A DNA stretch of 64,000 nucleotides from an uncultured Pseudomonadota bacterium (GCA_963836235.1 CAWIIP010000002.1:1472001-1536000); one strand, 5' to 3'; positions 1 to 8,746 are shown, counted from the stretch's first letter. Numbers and translations: made by a program. The notes: generated from the sequence alone by a model not told the origin.

Positions 1-2
1 CC

Positions 3-1097
3 TCTTTCACCACCCTTTGTATTTTTTTCTGGCCCCGCCAGTGGAAGGTTCCGGGGTCCATCGTGGCTTTGACCGTCACCGCCGCCGCCGCGGCTTGGGG
101 CCATTGGCCGGTAGAAACCATCGGCACCCGTTTTGGGGGCCTTCCCCAAGGCCTTCCCCATCCCCAATTCGTTCTCCAATCCTGGTCCCAAATGAAGCTT
201 CTTCTTCCCTCGGCCTTCACTGTGGCCGCCTTGGGGGCCATCGAGTCGCTTCTTTGCGCGGTGGTGGCGGACGGAATGATTGGGGGAAGGCATAAGTCCA
301 ACATGGAGCTGGTGGCCCAGGGTGTGGCCAACTGCATATCCCCAGTTTTTGGAGGCATCCCGGCGACGGGGGCTATCGCGCGCACCGCCACCAATGTGCG
401 GAATGGCGGCCGCACTCCCGTGGCCGGAATGATTCACGCTATCGTGTTATTTATCATCCTCCTGTCGGCGGGCCCCTTGGCCGCCCGCGTGCCATTGGCG
501 GCCCTGGCCGGAGTCCTGGTGGTGGTTTGTTACCACATGTCGGAATGGCATTCCTTTAAGTTTATCCTGACCGGCCCCTTGAGCGACGTGGCGGTACTTT
601 TAACCACTTTTCTCCTGACGGTTTTCGTGGACCTGACCACGGCGGTGGGGGTGGGCATGGTCCTGGCGGCCTTTCTTTTTATGCGCAACGTGTCGGCCTT
701 GAGCGAGGTTAAGCAACTCACCCACGAGAGGGAATCGGAAAGGAAGGCTAAGACCCCGGTTCCTCCTGGAGTGGAAGTTTATTCCATCAATGGCAGTTTC
801 TTTTTCGGCGCCGTGGAAAAATTAATGGAAGTGGAACAATCGCTTTTTAAGGCTCCCCAAGCCCTCGTCTTGGACATGGCCGGTGTCTTTTACATGGACT
901 CGACCGGCTTGAAAACGGTTCGGGATATCCGGCAGCGGTGCCAATCCCGGGGAACCCGGTTGATGCTGGCGGGGGTCCAGCCCCAGCCCCTTTCGGTGCT
1001 CCACAAAGCCAAGAAGGTGGACAAGATCGGCAAGGACAATTTCAAGCCGACCTTGGAAAAGGCCCTGGAACAATTAGCCGTCGATTCTAAAAGATAG
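3..1097 (+). CDS. sulP: SulP/SLC26 family anion permease with C-terminal STAS domain (5' truncated by window)
   Basis: Frame is open from the window start. Motifs ESLLCAVVAD, N-x-ELxAQGxAN, GAIARTATN and STAS FFGA...DSTG. Confidence 0.93.
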   Translation, partial: SFTTLCIFFWPRQWKVPGSIVALTVTAAAAAWGHWPVETIGTRFGGLPQGLPHPQFVLQSWSQMKLLLPSAFTVAALGAIESLLCAVVADGMIGGRHKSNMELVAQGVANCISPVFGGIPATGAIARTATNVRNGGRTPVAGMIHAIVLFIILLSAGPLAARVPLAALAGVLVVVCYHMSEWHSFKFILTGPLSDVAVLLTTFLLTVFVDLTTAVGVGMVLAAFLFMRNVSALSEVKQLTHERESERKAKTPVPPGVEVYSINGSFFFGAVEKLMEVEQSLFKAPQALVLDMAGVFYMDSTGLKTVRDIRQRCQSRGTRLMLAGVQPQPLSVLHKAKKVDKIGKDNFKPTLEKALEQLAVDSKR

Positions 1098-1106
1098 GAA
1101 AAAGTC

Positions 1107-1466
1107 ATGTATCCCCACGTCAACGCTGAAGCCTTCGCCAAAGAATGGGTCGAGGCTTGGAACAGCCGCCAATTAGACGCTATCCTTTCGCATTACGCCG
1201 ATAAGGTCCAATTCACCTCGCCCTTTATCGTGAAGCTGATGAACGAACCCTCGGGAACAATCACCGGCAAGGACAAGTTGCGGCCTTATTTTGAAAAGGG
1301 CTTGCAGGCCTATCCCGACCTTCATTTTGAGCTGATCGAGGTTTTGGAAGGAGTCGACAGTGTTATCCTCTATTACCTCAGCGTGAAAAACCTCATGGCG
1401 GCGGAAGTTATGTTTTTTGATGAGAAGGGAAAAATCAGCCGCGTGGTTGCCCACTACAATAGTTGA
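1107..1466 (+). CDS. SnoaL-like / NTF2-family protein
   Basis: FAKEWVEAWNS..LDAILSHYA..V.FTSP, GK..LR.YF pattern, 119 aa. Confidence 0.85.
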   Translation: MYPHVNAEAFAKEWVEAWNSRQLDAILSHYADKVQFTSPFIVKLMNEPSGTITGKDKLRPYFEKGLQAYPDLHFELIEVLEGVDSVILYYLSVKNLMAAEVMFFDEKGKISRVVAHYNS

Positions 1467-1625
1467 ATCATTCCAAACCACTTATTTTCTGGGGATTTTC
1501 CTAAAGTGGAGGAGCGGCTTTCCCATCGAGATTTCACCTTAAAAAGTCCAGGCCCCTTTTATCCCAGCCCAAAACAGGTATGATCTTCGGGCCATACCGC
1601 TAATCAGAACCCAAGAGAGGGAAGC

Positions 1626-2159
1626 ATGATCGAGGAAAATCCGATACCGATGGAAGAAACCAAGGCGGAAGAACCGAAACCCTCCCGCTTATCGCCGGCG
1701 GCCCAGAATAAAATCCTTGCCGCCACCGTCGTTCTCCTCTTAATGGGAGCTTCCTTTGTGGCGGGGCGTTTTTCCGTCCAAAACAAACCTTCGGTTCCCG
1801 ATACCTTCACCCAAATCCCCACGCCTCAACCTTCCATGCCTCAGGCCGTGGTTCCGGAATCCGCCTTACCGATGATCGATTTCACGAGCGTCTCGGAAAC
1901 CAAGAAAGCCGAAGTCTTGTCGGCTTTTAATACAGAGCTTTGCCGGTGTAATTGCAAAATGTCGGTTGCCGCCTGCATCGTGAGGGATCCTAATTGCCCC
2001 TATTGGAAGGAACACGTGACCGAGTTACAGAAGGCCCTGGGCAACGGCAAGAAACCCAACTTATCTAAGGCGCCCAAAAGAACCATGTCGATGCAACAGC
2101 TTTCGATACCGCCCGGAAGCCCGAGTGGATTTACCTTCCCCCAAGGAACGGGTAAGTAA
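1626..2159 (+). CDS. Membrane-anchored protein with Cys-rich CxCxC-x6-C-x6-C motif
   Basis: One TM helix (ILAATVVLLLMGASFVAG), then CRCNCKMSVAACIVRDPNC; RBS GAGAGGG. Confidence 0.6.
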   Translation: MIEENPIPMEETKAEEPKPSRLSPAAQNKILAATVVLLLMGASFVAGRFSVQNKPSVPDTFTQIPTPQPSMPQAVVPESALPMIDFTSVSETKKAEVLSAFNTELCRCNCKMSVAACIVRDPNCPYWKEHVTELQKALGNGKKPNLSKAPKRTMSMQQLSIPPGSPSGFTFPQGTGK

Positions 2160-2310
2160 CCCCCTTTTTTATCCCACTTAAATCAGGTTTTCTCCCCCTT
2201 CCCTAAAACCTGGGATTGGACTAAGCTTTTACTGTCTAAAAGTAGTCGAATATGCCGCTTCTCTTATTTTCATGGATGCTAATGAGGTTGATGTGGTTGA
2301 GAGGGACAAT

Positions 2311-3546
2311 ATGAATCGGAAATTTTTTTATGGGGCGGCCGCTTCTTGGTTGCTATTGGCCGGGATGGTATTAACGGGTTGTCCAAGTAAATTAACCATT
2401 CCTACCGCGCCTCCTCCTCCCCCGACAGCGACTTCCACCCTCGTCTCGACGAACAGCCCTTCCTTGACGCCCACAGGAACCCCGCCACCCGCCACCCACA
2501 CGCCTTCTTCGACCTGCAGTTTCACCCCGACGAATACCATTTCCCCCCCAACACCCACCTCGACCGCCACCAACACGGCCACGAATAGCCCGATCATCAC
2601 TTCGACGAATTCCCCGACCAACAGCGCCACTTCCACGAATACATTTACGGCCACCTTCACCCCGACGGCCACGCCCTCATTCACGATCACCAACACCCCA
2701 ACCGCCACCCCGACTCCCACCGGTCCTACCTCAACCCCGACCAGCACTTTCACTCCTCCCGCTTTCGACTTTTCTTCCGGCGTGACCAATTTGACGACGG
2801 GCCTTTATACTTTTAGCTGCGTCCATATTGGGGCCGGGGGTGTGGTGTCCATTTACGGCGCCGTCACCATTATGACGACCTGCTTTACCCTGGACGCCGG
2901 GGCGACTATTTCGGGAACGGGGAATGGGTACTTAGGAAATACCGGCGGGGGGCCGGGTGTCGGTTGGGGCGGCGCGGTGACTTGCGCCTGTGTTCCGCCT
3001 CTGTTGGGTTTTGGCGGGGGCGGGGGCCATGGTGGGGCGGGAGCGACTTTTTGCGATGGCGCTTCCTGCGCTCCCGGGGGAACCACCAACGACAATCCCG
3101 CGAATCCCACTTTAATGGGAAGCGCCGGGGGAAATGTCCAAGGTCTTTTAATCGGTTCCGGCTCAGGTGGAGCGCTGCTGAAAATCATTGTTTATGACCC
3201 TGTCGCAAACGCGGTGGCCCCGGCGACCGTGAATGGGACCATCGACATGACCGGGGGCGCGGGCGGGAGCGACTATACGGATGACGAATATAGCGGCGGG
3301 GGCGCGGGGGGAGCGGTCTACCTTGAGGCCAGCACCCTTTCCGGAACCGGGCTCGTGCAGGCCAACGGCGGGGCGGCGAATTATTCGGGCGGCGGCGGGG
3401 GGGGCCTAATCTCTTTCCTTGAAAATTTAACCTCCTTTCCGGGAACAACTTCCGTGGTGGGCGGCATTTCGGCCAGCAGTTCTTCCGACGACGGCGCTCC
3501 CGGAACGGTGACCTTCACCACGGCGCCGGTGAGCGGCTACCTTTAA
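2311..3546 (+). CDS. Lipoprotein with Pro/Thr-rich stalk and Gly-rich C-terminal domain
   Basis: Signal with LTG-C lipobox; TPT repeats; GGGGG...GGAGG beta-helix-like tail. ATG 2311 follows GAGGGA. Confidence 0.75.
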   Translation: MNRKFFYGAAASWLLLAGMVLTGCPSKLTIPTAPPPPPTATSTLVSTNSPSLTPTGTPPPATHTPSSTCSFTPTNTISPPTPTSTATNTATNSPIITSTNSPTNSATSTNTFTATFTPTATPSFTITNTPTATPTPTGPTSTPTSTFTPPAFDFSSGVTNLTTGLYTFSCVHIGAGGVVSIYGAVTIMTTCFTLDAGATISGTGNGYLGNTGGGPGVGWGGAVTCACVPPLLGFGGGGGHGGAGATFCDGASCAPGGTTNDNPANPTLMGSAGGNVQGLLIGSGSGGALLKIIVYDPVANAVAPATVNGTIDMTGGAGGSDYTDDEYSGGGAGGAVYLEASTLSGTGLVQANGGAANYSGGGGGGLISFLENLTSFPGTTSVVGGISASSSSDDGAPGTVTFTTAPVSGYL

Positions 3547-3630
3547 ATTTCCAATAAACTTTTACAATCGCCTTGAAAAGGGTGTGAAACGCGGCCGGAA
3601 AAGCAAATTGCGCCCTCCGGCGGGGGTAGA

Positions 3631-3658
3631 ATATTGCGCCCAGGGCCCGTCACGGACA
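3631..3658. repeat. Degenerate right-half copy (R0) of the 28-bp cassette repeat
   Basis: GGGCCCGTCACGGACA matches GGACCCGTCGTGGACA at 13/16; left arm unrelated. Confidence 0.45.
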
Positions 3659-3692
3659 ATGTCCTGGTGAGAAACTTGAATAGGAGTCGCTG

Positions 3693-4121
3693 ATGAATTC
3701 ACAATGGGCTTTTGTTTTATTGACCACCCTCTCTTTTGGTTTTTTTAATATTTTCATCCGGGCGGCGGGGCCGAAGATCGGCGGTATTTTAGGGCCCTTG
3801 TTCGTGGAGGGGTTCGCGGCGGCGGTTCTCCTGCTGTTTTTCCTTTGGCGGAAATGGAACGGGTCGGTGGAGCCGGTGACTTCCCTGGGAGCGGCCTATT
3901 CCATGGCCGCCGGCTTTTGCGCCGCCGCCGGTTCGATCGGGTTCTTCGTCGTCTTTTCCAAGGGAGGGATGCTTTCAGCGGCCGGTTCCTTTGTCTTGAT
4001 CGGAAGCACGATGCTGACCATCTTGGGCGGCTTTGTCCTTTTTAAGGAACCGGTCAACGCCTACCGTGCCGTGGGAATCCTATTGGGGCTTGTCAGCCTT
4101 TACCTATTGCGCATGGATTAA
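3693..4121 (+). CDS. EamA/DMT-family small transporter
   Basis: About 5 TM helices, C-terminal G..LFKEP....GI.L motif; RBS AGGAG. Confidence 0.8.
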   Translation: MNSQWAFVLLTTLSFGFFNIFIRAAGPKIGGILGPLFVEGFAAAVLLLFFLWRKWNGSVEPVTSLGAAYSMAAGFCAAAGSIGFFVVFSKGGMLSAAGSFVLIGSTMLTILGGFVLFKEPVNAYRAVGILLGLVSLYLLRMD

Positions 4122-4169
4122 AAAAGTCGGTGGATTCTTTGTTAGGACCAACGAAGCGTTCTGTAAAGT

Positions 4170-4197
4170 TGTCCACGACGGGGACCCTTCGTGGACA
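4170..4197. repeat. 28-bp palindromic cassette repeat R1
   Basis: TGTCCACGACGGGGACCCTTCGTGGACA. Confidence 0.95.
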
Positions 4198-4230
4198 GGT
4201 AAATTTAATGCGGGACTAAAGGAGAAACAA

Positions 4231-4536
4231 ATGCTGGAATTGAGGCCCACTTGCGAGAATTGCAATAAACCTTTGCCGCCTGAATCCCTAGAAGCGAGGA
4301 TTTGTACCTACGAGTGCACATTTTGCTCGGCTTGCGTGGAGCTTCTTGAAAATGTATGCCCCAGTTGCGGCGGTGGATTCTGTCCCAGGCCCATCCGGCC
4401 AAAAACCAATTGGAAGGGCGATAATTATCTGGGGAAAGACCCGGCGAGTACTAAGATCAAGCACCGCCCCGTTGATTTAAAAGAACATGCCCAGTTTTCT
4501 CTTCCGATTAAGAATCTGCCGCCTGAAAAAAGATAA
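4231..4536 (+). CDS. DUF1272 family Cys-rich protein
   Basis: MLELRPTCENC...ARICTYECTFC..C....NVCP.CGG...RP.RP signature; AAGGAG RBS before ATG 4231. Confidence 0.9.
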   Translation: MLELRPTCENCNKPLPPESLEARICTYECTFCSACVELLENVCPSCGGGFCPRPIRPKTNWKGDNYLGKDPASTKIKHRPVDLKEHAQFSLPIKNLPPEKR

Positions 4537-4543
4537 TGGGCGT

Positions 4544-4562
4544 TGTCCACGATGGGGACCCA
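4544..4562. repeat. Repeat R2, left part (5' exon of intron)
   Basis: TGTCCACGATGGGGACCCA; the remaining TCGTGGACA is at 6493-6501. Confidence 0.93.
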
Positions 4563-6492
4563 GCGCGCCAAGAAAGCTGTTGTTCATCCAGTCGGCTGAA
4601 ATGTGCCGACCCAGACAAAATTTGGCAGTCTGGTAGCAGGGAGCCGAATCGGGCAGGGTAACCTGCCAGGTTCAAGCGGCTCGACAAAGGGCGGCAAAGC
4701 GCCCGATGCGAAAGGACGGGTCGTAACACGTGTGAACCTAGGTGTAACCTCGTAACGTCGAGATTGAGGAGGGTGACCCTTTTGGGTCTTGGGGAAACCA
4801 GTATTCCATGCGGGAGCCAGAAATACGCATGGGACTGCTTCGGGGTAACAGGGGCGACACGTCCAGACGGAGAACAACGGAACTTGGGAGACCCATAGGG
4901 AAGCACAAGGTACCTGCCTATAAGTCTAAGCGGCGAAATGGCAGGGAGAGCCTATGGGAGTCAGACAAGCCTACAGTAGCTATGAGGGCTAGGACTAAAC
5001 CTAGTCAGAGCAAAGGGGCTTGACCTGGGTAGAGCTTGGCCAGGAGAGAGGGACAAGGGATTGGCGATGAGCCTAGTAACCCTACAAAAAGTTCAGGATC
5101 TTCAGCACAAGCTAGCTGGGAGGAGTAAGTCAAAGCCGAAAGAACGTTTCTACAGTCTCTACGACAAGGTGTGCCGGAAAGAGGTTCTGTGGGAAGCATG
5201 GCAGAAGGTGAAGGGCAATGGAGGTTCCGGAGGAGTGGACGGGGTAACGGTGGAAGGTATAAAGGCCACCGGAGAGAAGGAATACCTGCGGGCACTCTGG
5301 ACGGAGCTGAAGGAAAAGGAATATAAGCCATTGCCGCTCAGGCGGGTTTGGATACTAAAGGCCAACGGGAAGAAAAGGCCCTTGGGGATACCGACGGTGA
5401 AAGACCGGATTGTACAGCAAGCGGTACGATTCGTTATGGAGCCGATCTTCGAGGCGCACTTCTCGGAAGTGTCCTTTGGATTCAGGCCAGGCCGGGACTG
5501 CCATCAGGCCATCACCAGAGTGGTGACATACCTAAATTGGGGTATGGTGAACGTGGTTGAGACGGACATTGTGGACTGCTTCGGAAGTATCCCACATGGA
5601 AGGCTGTTGAAAGCGGTGGCTCGCAGGATAGCCGACAAAGGTATCCTGAGGGTGATCCGGCAATGGCTGAAATGCGGGGTGATGGAAGAAGGGCAGTTCC
5701 AAGAAACGACCACGGGAACGCCTCAAGGAGGGGTGATTTCGCCGCTTCTGGCGAATATTTACCTGGATGCGCTGGATCAACTTTGGAAGAAGCGGAAGAT
5801 GGATTCCAAAAGCGGATACAACGCCCAAATGGTCAGATACGCCGATGACATGGTAATTCTCACGGATCGGAGCCCCCGGGAGGCGGAAAGGCTGCTGAGG
5901 GAAACCTTGGGCAGACTGGATTTGAAGCCTCACCCGGAAAAGACGCGGGTGGTGAACGCAAAGGCAGGGGATTTTAACTTTCTGGGGTTCAATTTCCGAC
6001 AGCGGAAGAATCCCCGAACAGGGAGAAGCCAATGCCTGTTTCAACCCTCGCAGAAGGCCCAAAAGAATGTGCGGGAGAAAATCAGACTGGCTACAGCAAG
6101 CCCGGAGTTAAATGAACTGGGTAAGGTGGTCAGAGAGAAAGTTAATCCCATTCTGAGAGGGTGGGTGAATTACTTTCGGATCGGAAACTCCAGCAAAACT
6201 TTTAATAATCTCCGGAACTTTGCAAAGAAGAGAGTCCTGCGATTTATTCGCAGGAGGAAGAAACAAAGCGGGCCAGGTTGGGACAGGATCAGCGAGGATT
6301 TCCTTTATGGGAAGCTGGGCCTGTTTAAGGAATACCGGGTGAAACGGTTTTCTCAACCCGCTGTGGCTTAGACGAAGGGCCTCCGGTGAATACCCTTGGA
6401 AAGCCGTATGCGGGAAAACCGCACGTACGGTTTGATGAGGAGGCGTTGGAAACGTGCCGGTTATCCGGTGACGCGCCAGTGCTTTACTCTAT
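4563..6492 (+). mobile_element. Complete group II intron inserted in repeat R2
   Basis: 5' GCGCG; EBS1 TGGGTC (4783-4788) in a stem-loop is complementary to IBS1 GACCCA; D5 AAGCCGTATGCGGGAAAACCGCACGTACGGTTT (6401-6433); D6 with bulged A; ends ACTCTAT. Excision restores a perfect palindrome. Confidence 0.93.
5067..6371 (+). CDS. ltrA: Group II intron reverse transcriptase/maturase without HNH endonuclease domain
   Basis: GVDG, RPLGIPTVKDR, SFGFRPGR, GTPQGGVISPLLANIYL, VRYADD, FLGF, domain X RGWVNYF; ORF ends before any En domain. Confidence 0.96.
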   Translation: MSLVTLQKVQDLQHKLAGRSKSKPKERFYSLYDKVCRKEVLWEAWQKVKGNGGSGGVDGVTVEGIKATGEKEYLRALWTELKEKEYKPLPLRRVWILKANGKKRPLGIPTVKDRIVQQAVRFVMEPIFEAHFSEVSFGFRPGRDCHQAITRVVTYLNWGMVNVVETDIVDCFGSIPHGRLLKAVARRIADKGILRVIRQWLKCGVMEEGQFQETTTGTPQGGVISPLLANIYLDALDQLWKKRKMDSKSGYNAQMVRYADDMVILTDRSPREAERLLRETLGRLDLKPHPEKTRVVNAKAGDFNFLGFNFRQRKNPRTGRSQCLFQPSQKAQKNVREKIRLATASPELNELGKVVREKVNPILRGWVNYFRIGNSSKTFNNLRNFAKKRVLRFIRRRKKQSGPGWDRISEDFLYGKLGLFKEYRVKRFSQPAVA

Positions 6493-6501
6493 TCGTGGAC
6501 A
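6493..6501. repeat. Repeat R2, right arm (3' exon)
   Basis: TCGTGGACA directly after the intron 3' end. Confidence 0.9.
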
Positions 6502-6506
6502 CTTAA

Positions 6507-7148
6507 TTGACGGAAAGGGCATTTATGCATGACCGGGAACTAAGAATAAAAATGGTAAGTTTTGTCAAAGAATCGCCAAGCGCGACCCTTTTGCTTTGTT
6601 TTATGGCCGGCATTGTCATCACGCGAACGCTTACTACTTTTGGTTTTGGCTTTAATTATTTCTTTGCGTTTTTATTGCTTTCCGGCTCATTCTTGATTTT
6701 TAGGGTATTGAATTTAAACAGAACGGCTGTCCTTTTAAGCCCCGATTCCATCCAATTTTTCGAATCGATTCCCGTGCAAAGTTTTATCCTGGCTACGAAA
6801 AAAGTGAATGCTAAATGGGAGGATGTGACAAAAGTTCAAACCTATGAAACGTTGATGCAAAAATGGGAATATCGGCAACCTAAAAGTCCCGCTTTTGGGG
6901 GGGCGGTATGGGGTTCGGAGATTCAGTTGAATGATTTGTTTATATTAAAAACTAAACTTTACGTGAGGATTGCGGACAGTTTGAAAGAAAAAAGTTTTAC
7001 GATTTCTATGACTAATGAAAAATATCCCGAATACCTGATTTATTTAAAAAACAAACTGGATCCTTCGAAAATGGATTCGAAAACGATTGAGCTGCAAAAT
7101 CCAAAAATATTGATGGACGAGATGATGAAACGAAAAGTTTTTATTTAA
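6507..7148 (+). CDS. Hypothetical membrane protein (AT-rich cassette cargo)
   Basis: Two N-terminal TM helices plus a soluble domain; true start may be ATG 6523 region or later. Confidence 0.65.
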   Translation: MTERAFMHDRELRIKMVSFVKESPSATLLLCFMAGIVITRTLTTFGFGFNYFFAFLLLSGSFLIFRVLNLNRTAVLLSPDSIQFFESIPVQSFILATKKVNAKWEDVTKVQTYETLMQKWEYRQPKSPAFGGAVWGSEIQLNDLFILKTKLYVRIADSLKEKSFTISMTNEKYPEYLIYLKNKLDPSKMDSKTIELQNPKILMDEMMKRKVFI

Positions 7149-7155
7149 GCAATAT

Positions 7156-7183
7156 TGTCCACGGCGGGGACCCATCGTGGACA
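7156..7183. repeat. 28-bp repeat R3
   Basis: TGTCCACGGCGGGGACCCATCGTGGACA. Confidence 0.95.
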
Positions 7184-7206
7184 CCTAAGAAAGCAATAAT
7201 CAGTAC

Positions 7207-7253
7207 TTGCCACGGAGAAACTTTGGGCATAAAATGTACATCATCATGTACAT
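7207..7253 (+). promoter_or_regulatory. sigma70 promoter with TA autoregulatory operator
   Basis: TTGCCA-N17-TAAAAT overlapping two ATGTACAT palindromes (7234-7241, 7246-7253). Confidence 0.75.
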
Positions 7254-7265
7254 AAGGAGTTGCTC

Positions 7266-7547
7266 GTGACACCAACTAGCTTTACCATTGCACAGGCCCG
7301 AATCCATTTTCCCGGGCTCATCCACGATGCGGAAAAAGGGAAGCCGGTGGAGATAACCCGGCGAGGGAAACCGGTTGCCGTCTTGGTATCGGTGGATGCC
7401 TACCGGCATTTGACCGCACCCCGTCCCGGGTTTTGGGAGGTTGTTTCGGCCTTCCACGGCCGTATCAAAGCGAGTAAGGCCGGTTTGGAACCTAAAGATC
7501 TCCGGGGAATCCGCGAAACCGGACCCGGAAGAGAATTTAAGTGGTGA
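7266..7547 (+). CDS. Phd/YefM antitoxin
   Basis: FTIAQAR..F..LI....G.PVEITRRGKPVAVLVS; GTG after AAGGAG. Confidence 0.9.
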   Translation: MTPTSFTIAQARIHFPGLIHDAEKGKPVEITRRGKPVAVLVSVDAYRHLTAPRPGFWEVVSAFHGRIKASKAGLEPKDLRGIRETGPGREFKW

Positions 7548-7975
7548 AGCCCCGGTACTTGTTAGACACCAATGTCGTTTCGGAAGCAGCCCGTGTAAAA
7601 CCAAATCCCAATGTGATGAGAAAACTTGAGCGGCACAAAGACGAAATGGGAATCGCAAGTATTGTTTGGCATGAACTCGTCTTCGGCTGCGACCGCTTGC
7701 CACCCTCCGAAAAACGGACCCTTTTAGAGGAATTCCTTTCGGAATTAGCAAACTCCTCCATGTTAATTTTTCCTTATGACACGGAAGCGGCTGCTTGGCA
7801 CGGCCGGGAGCGTGCCCGTTTATCCAGACTGGGACTTACACCGGCATTCGCGGATGGGCAGATTGCTTCCATCGCGAAAGTCCATGATTTGATCCTGGTC
7901 ACCAACAACATCCGGAATTACCGTCATTTCGATCAACTGAAGATGGAGAATTGGCACGGCATGGCTAAAAATTGA
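7541..7975 (+). CDS. vapC: PIN-domain VapC toxin
   Basis: YLLDTNVVSE, EL..G, ADGQIASIA, LVTNN; overlaps antitoxin. Confidence 0.93.
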   Translation: MVKPRYLLDTNVVSEAARVKPNPNVMRKLERHKDEMGIASIVWHELVFGCDRLPPSEKRTLLEEFLSELANSSMLIFPYDTEAAAWHGRERARLSRLGLTPAFADGQIASIAKVHDLILVTNNIRNYRHFDQLKMENWHGMAKN

Positions 7976-7983
7976 AAAATGCT

Positions 7984-8011
7984 TGTCCACGATGGGGACC
8001 CGTCGTGGACA
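7984..8011. repeat. 28-bp repeat R4
   Basis: TGTCCACGATGGGGACCCGTCGTGGACA. Confidence 0.95.
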
Positions 8012-8076
8012 ATCATTTCTGCCACAAAAGGGTTAATATAAAGACGCCGTAAGTTGTTGCGTTGGAGAGGTGAATT

Positions 8077-8571
8077 ATAAAAAAAATATTATCAGGAATT
8101 TTAATATTTTTTGTTGGAGCTTTTGCATTCTACTTCCCTAGCTTTGTGGGTCACGCTTTTTCCGGGAATGGGGAATTTTCGAAACCAGAATTTTTTTTAA
8201 TATTCATTTGTCCTTTTATAACTTCACTTTTAATGCTTCTTTGGTTTAGAAAAAAATTCGTTTTAATTCCCAAAGGGTTAATTTCCTTAATTTTTATTTT
8301 GGGGATATGGATTTTGGGAACATTTGCAACTATGGCGAGCGCTAGCTTAGCAGGCGCAGGGTTTACAAAAATAGCTTCATTTTCTGATTGGAAAGATTTG
8401 ATCGTTCTAACTCTATGTTTTCCTCTTTCGACATTTGAGTGCACTACTTATGATGGAACATTAGGGGCATTGTTTGCTTTTTCTCTGTTTGTTCTTATCT
8501 GGATATTGATTGATGTTATTGTTTTAGTCAAAAAGGGCGGCAAAAAGAAGTTAGCCATTGATCGAACATAA
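8077..8571 (+). CDS. Hypothetical integral membrane protein (AT-rich cassette cargo); probable ATA start
   Basis: Frame is open upstream of GTG 8146 to ATA 8077 (IKKILSGILIFFVGAFAF), behind GGAGAGGTG; 4-5 TM helices. Confidence 0.6.
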   Translation: MKKILSGILIFFVGAFAFYFPSFVGHAFSGNGEFSKPEFFLIFICPFITSLLMLLWFRKKFVLIPKGLISLIFILGIWILGTFATMASASLAGAGFTKIASFSDWKDLIVLTLCFPLSTFECTTYDGTLGALFAFSLFVLIWILIDVIVLVKKGGKKKLAIDRT

Positions 8572-8656
8572 ATTTCTTCATGCGCTCCTTTATGGTCGAA
8601 TTACCTGGGATTTGTTGGTTCGTAAATCGGAATGGGGTCTTTGGTCATTTAGAGCT

Positions 8657-8684
8657 TGTCCACGACGGGGACCCACATTGGACA
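8657..8684. repeat. 28-bp repeat R5
   Basis: TGTCCACGACGGGGACCCACATTGGACA (right arm partly diverged). Confidence 0.9.
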
Positions 8685-8698
8685 AGGAAAATGTTTTA

Positions 8699-8725
8699 AT
8701 ATGTACGGAATAATACCGTACATAT
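8699..8725. promoter_or_regulatory. Operator palindrome of DUF1778/GNAT TA operon
   Basis: ATATGTACGG-N7-CCGTACATAT just upstream of -10-like TATATT. Confidence 0.7.
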
Positions 8726-8746
8726 GGTATATTTAAAACAGAGGTA

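Noticed and set aside
3608-3670. Possible guanidine-type riboswitch before the EamA gene
   Set aside because: A hairpin (CCAGGGC/GTCCTGG) is possible but the ACGA/ACGR motifs are not properly placed; needs an Rfam scan
4033-4230. 5' extension of the DUF1272 ORF
   Set aside because: Overlaps EamA and repeat R1; the family starts at MLELRP with a strong RBS at 4231
4508-5060. Short ORFs within intron domains I-III
   Set aside because: Structured ribozyme sequence with no protein motifs
5067-6371. RT as retron, DGR or CRISPR-associated RT
   Set aside because: YADD, domain X and flanking D5/D6 and EBS1 identify a group II intron; no template/variable repeat pair seen
4170-8684. 28-bp repeats as a CRISPR array
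   Set aside because: Intervals are hundreds of bp, variable and gene-containing; no cas1/cas2 in the window
4170-8684. Repeats as integron attC, pdif sites or intrinsic terminators
   Set aside because: Too short for attC and no RYYYAAC/GTTRRRY ends; GC-rich arms unlike XerC/XerD boxes; no U-tract after the hairpins
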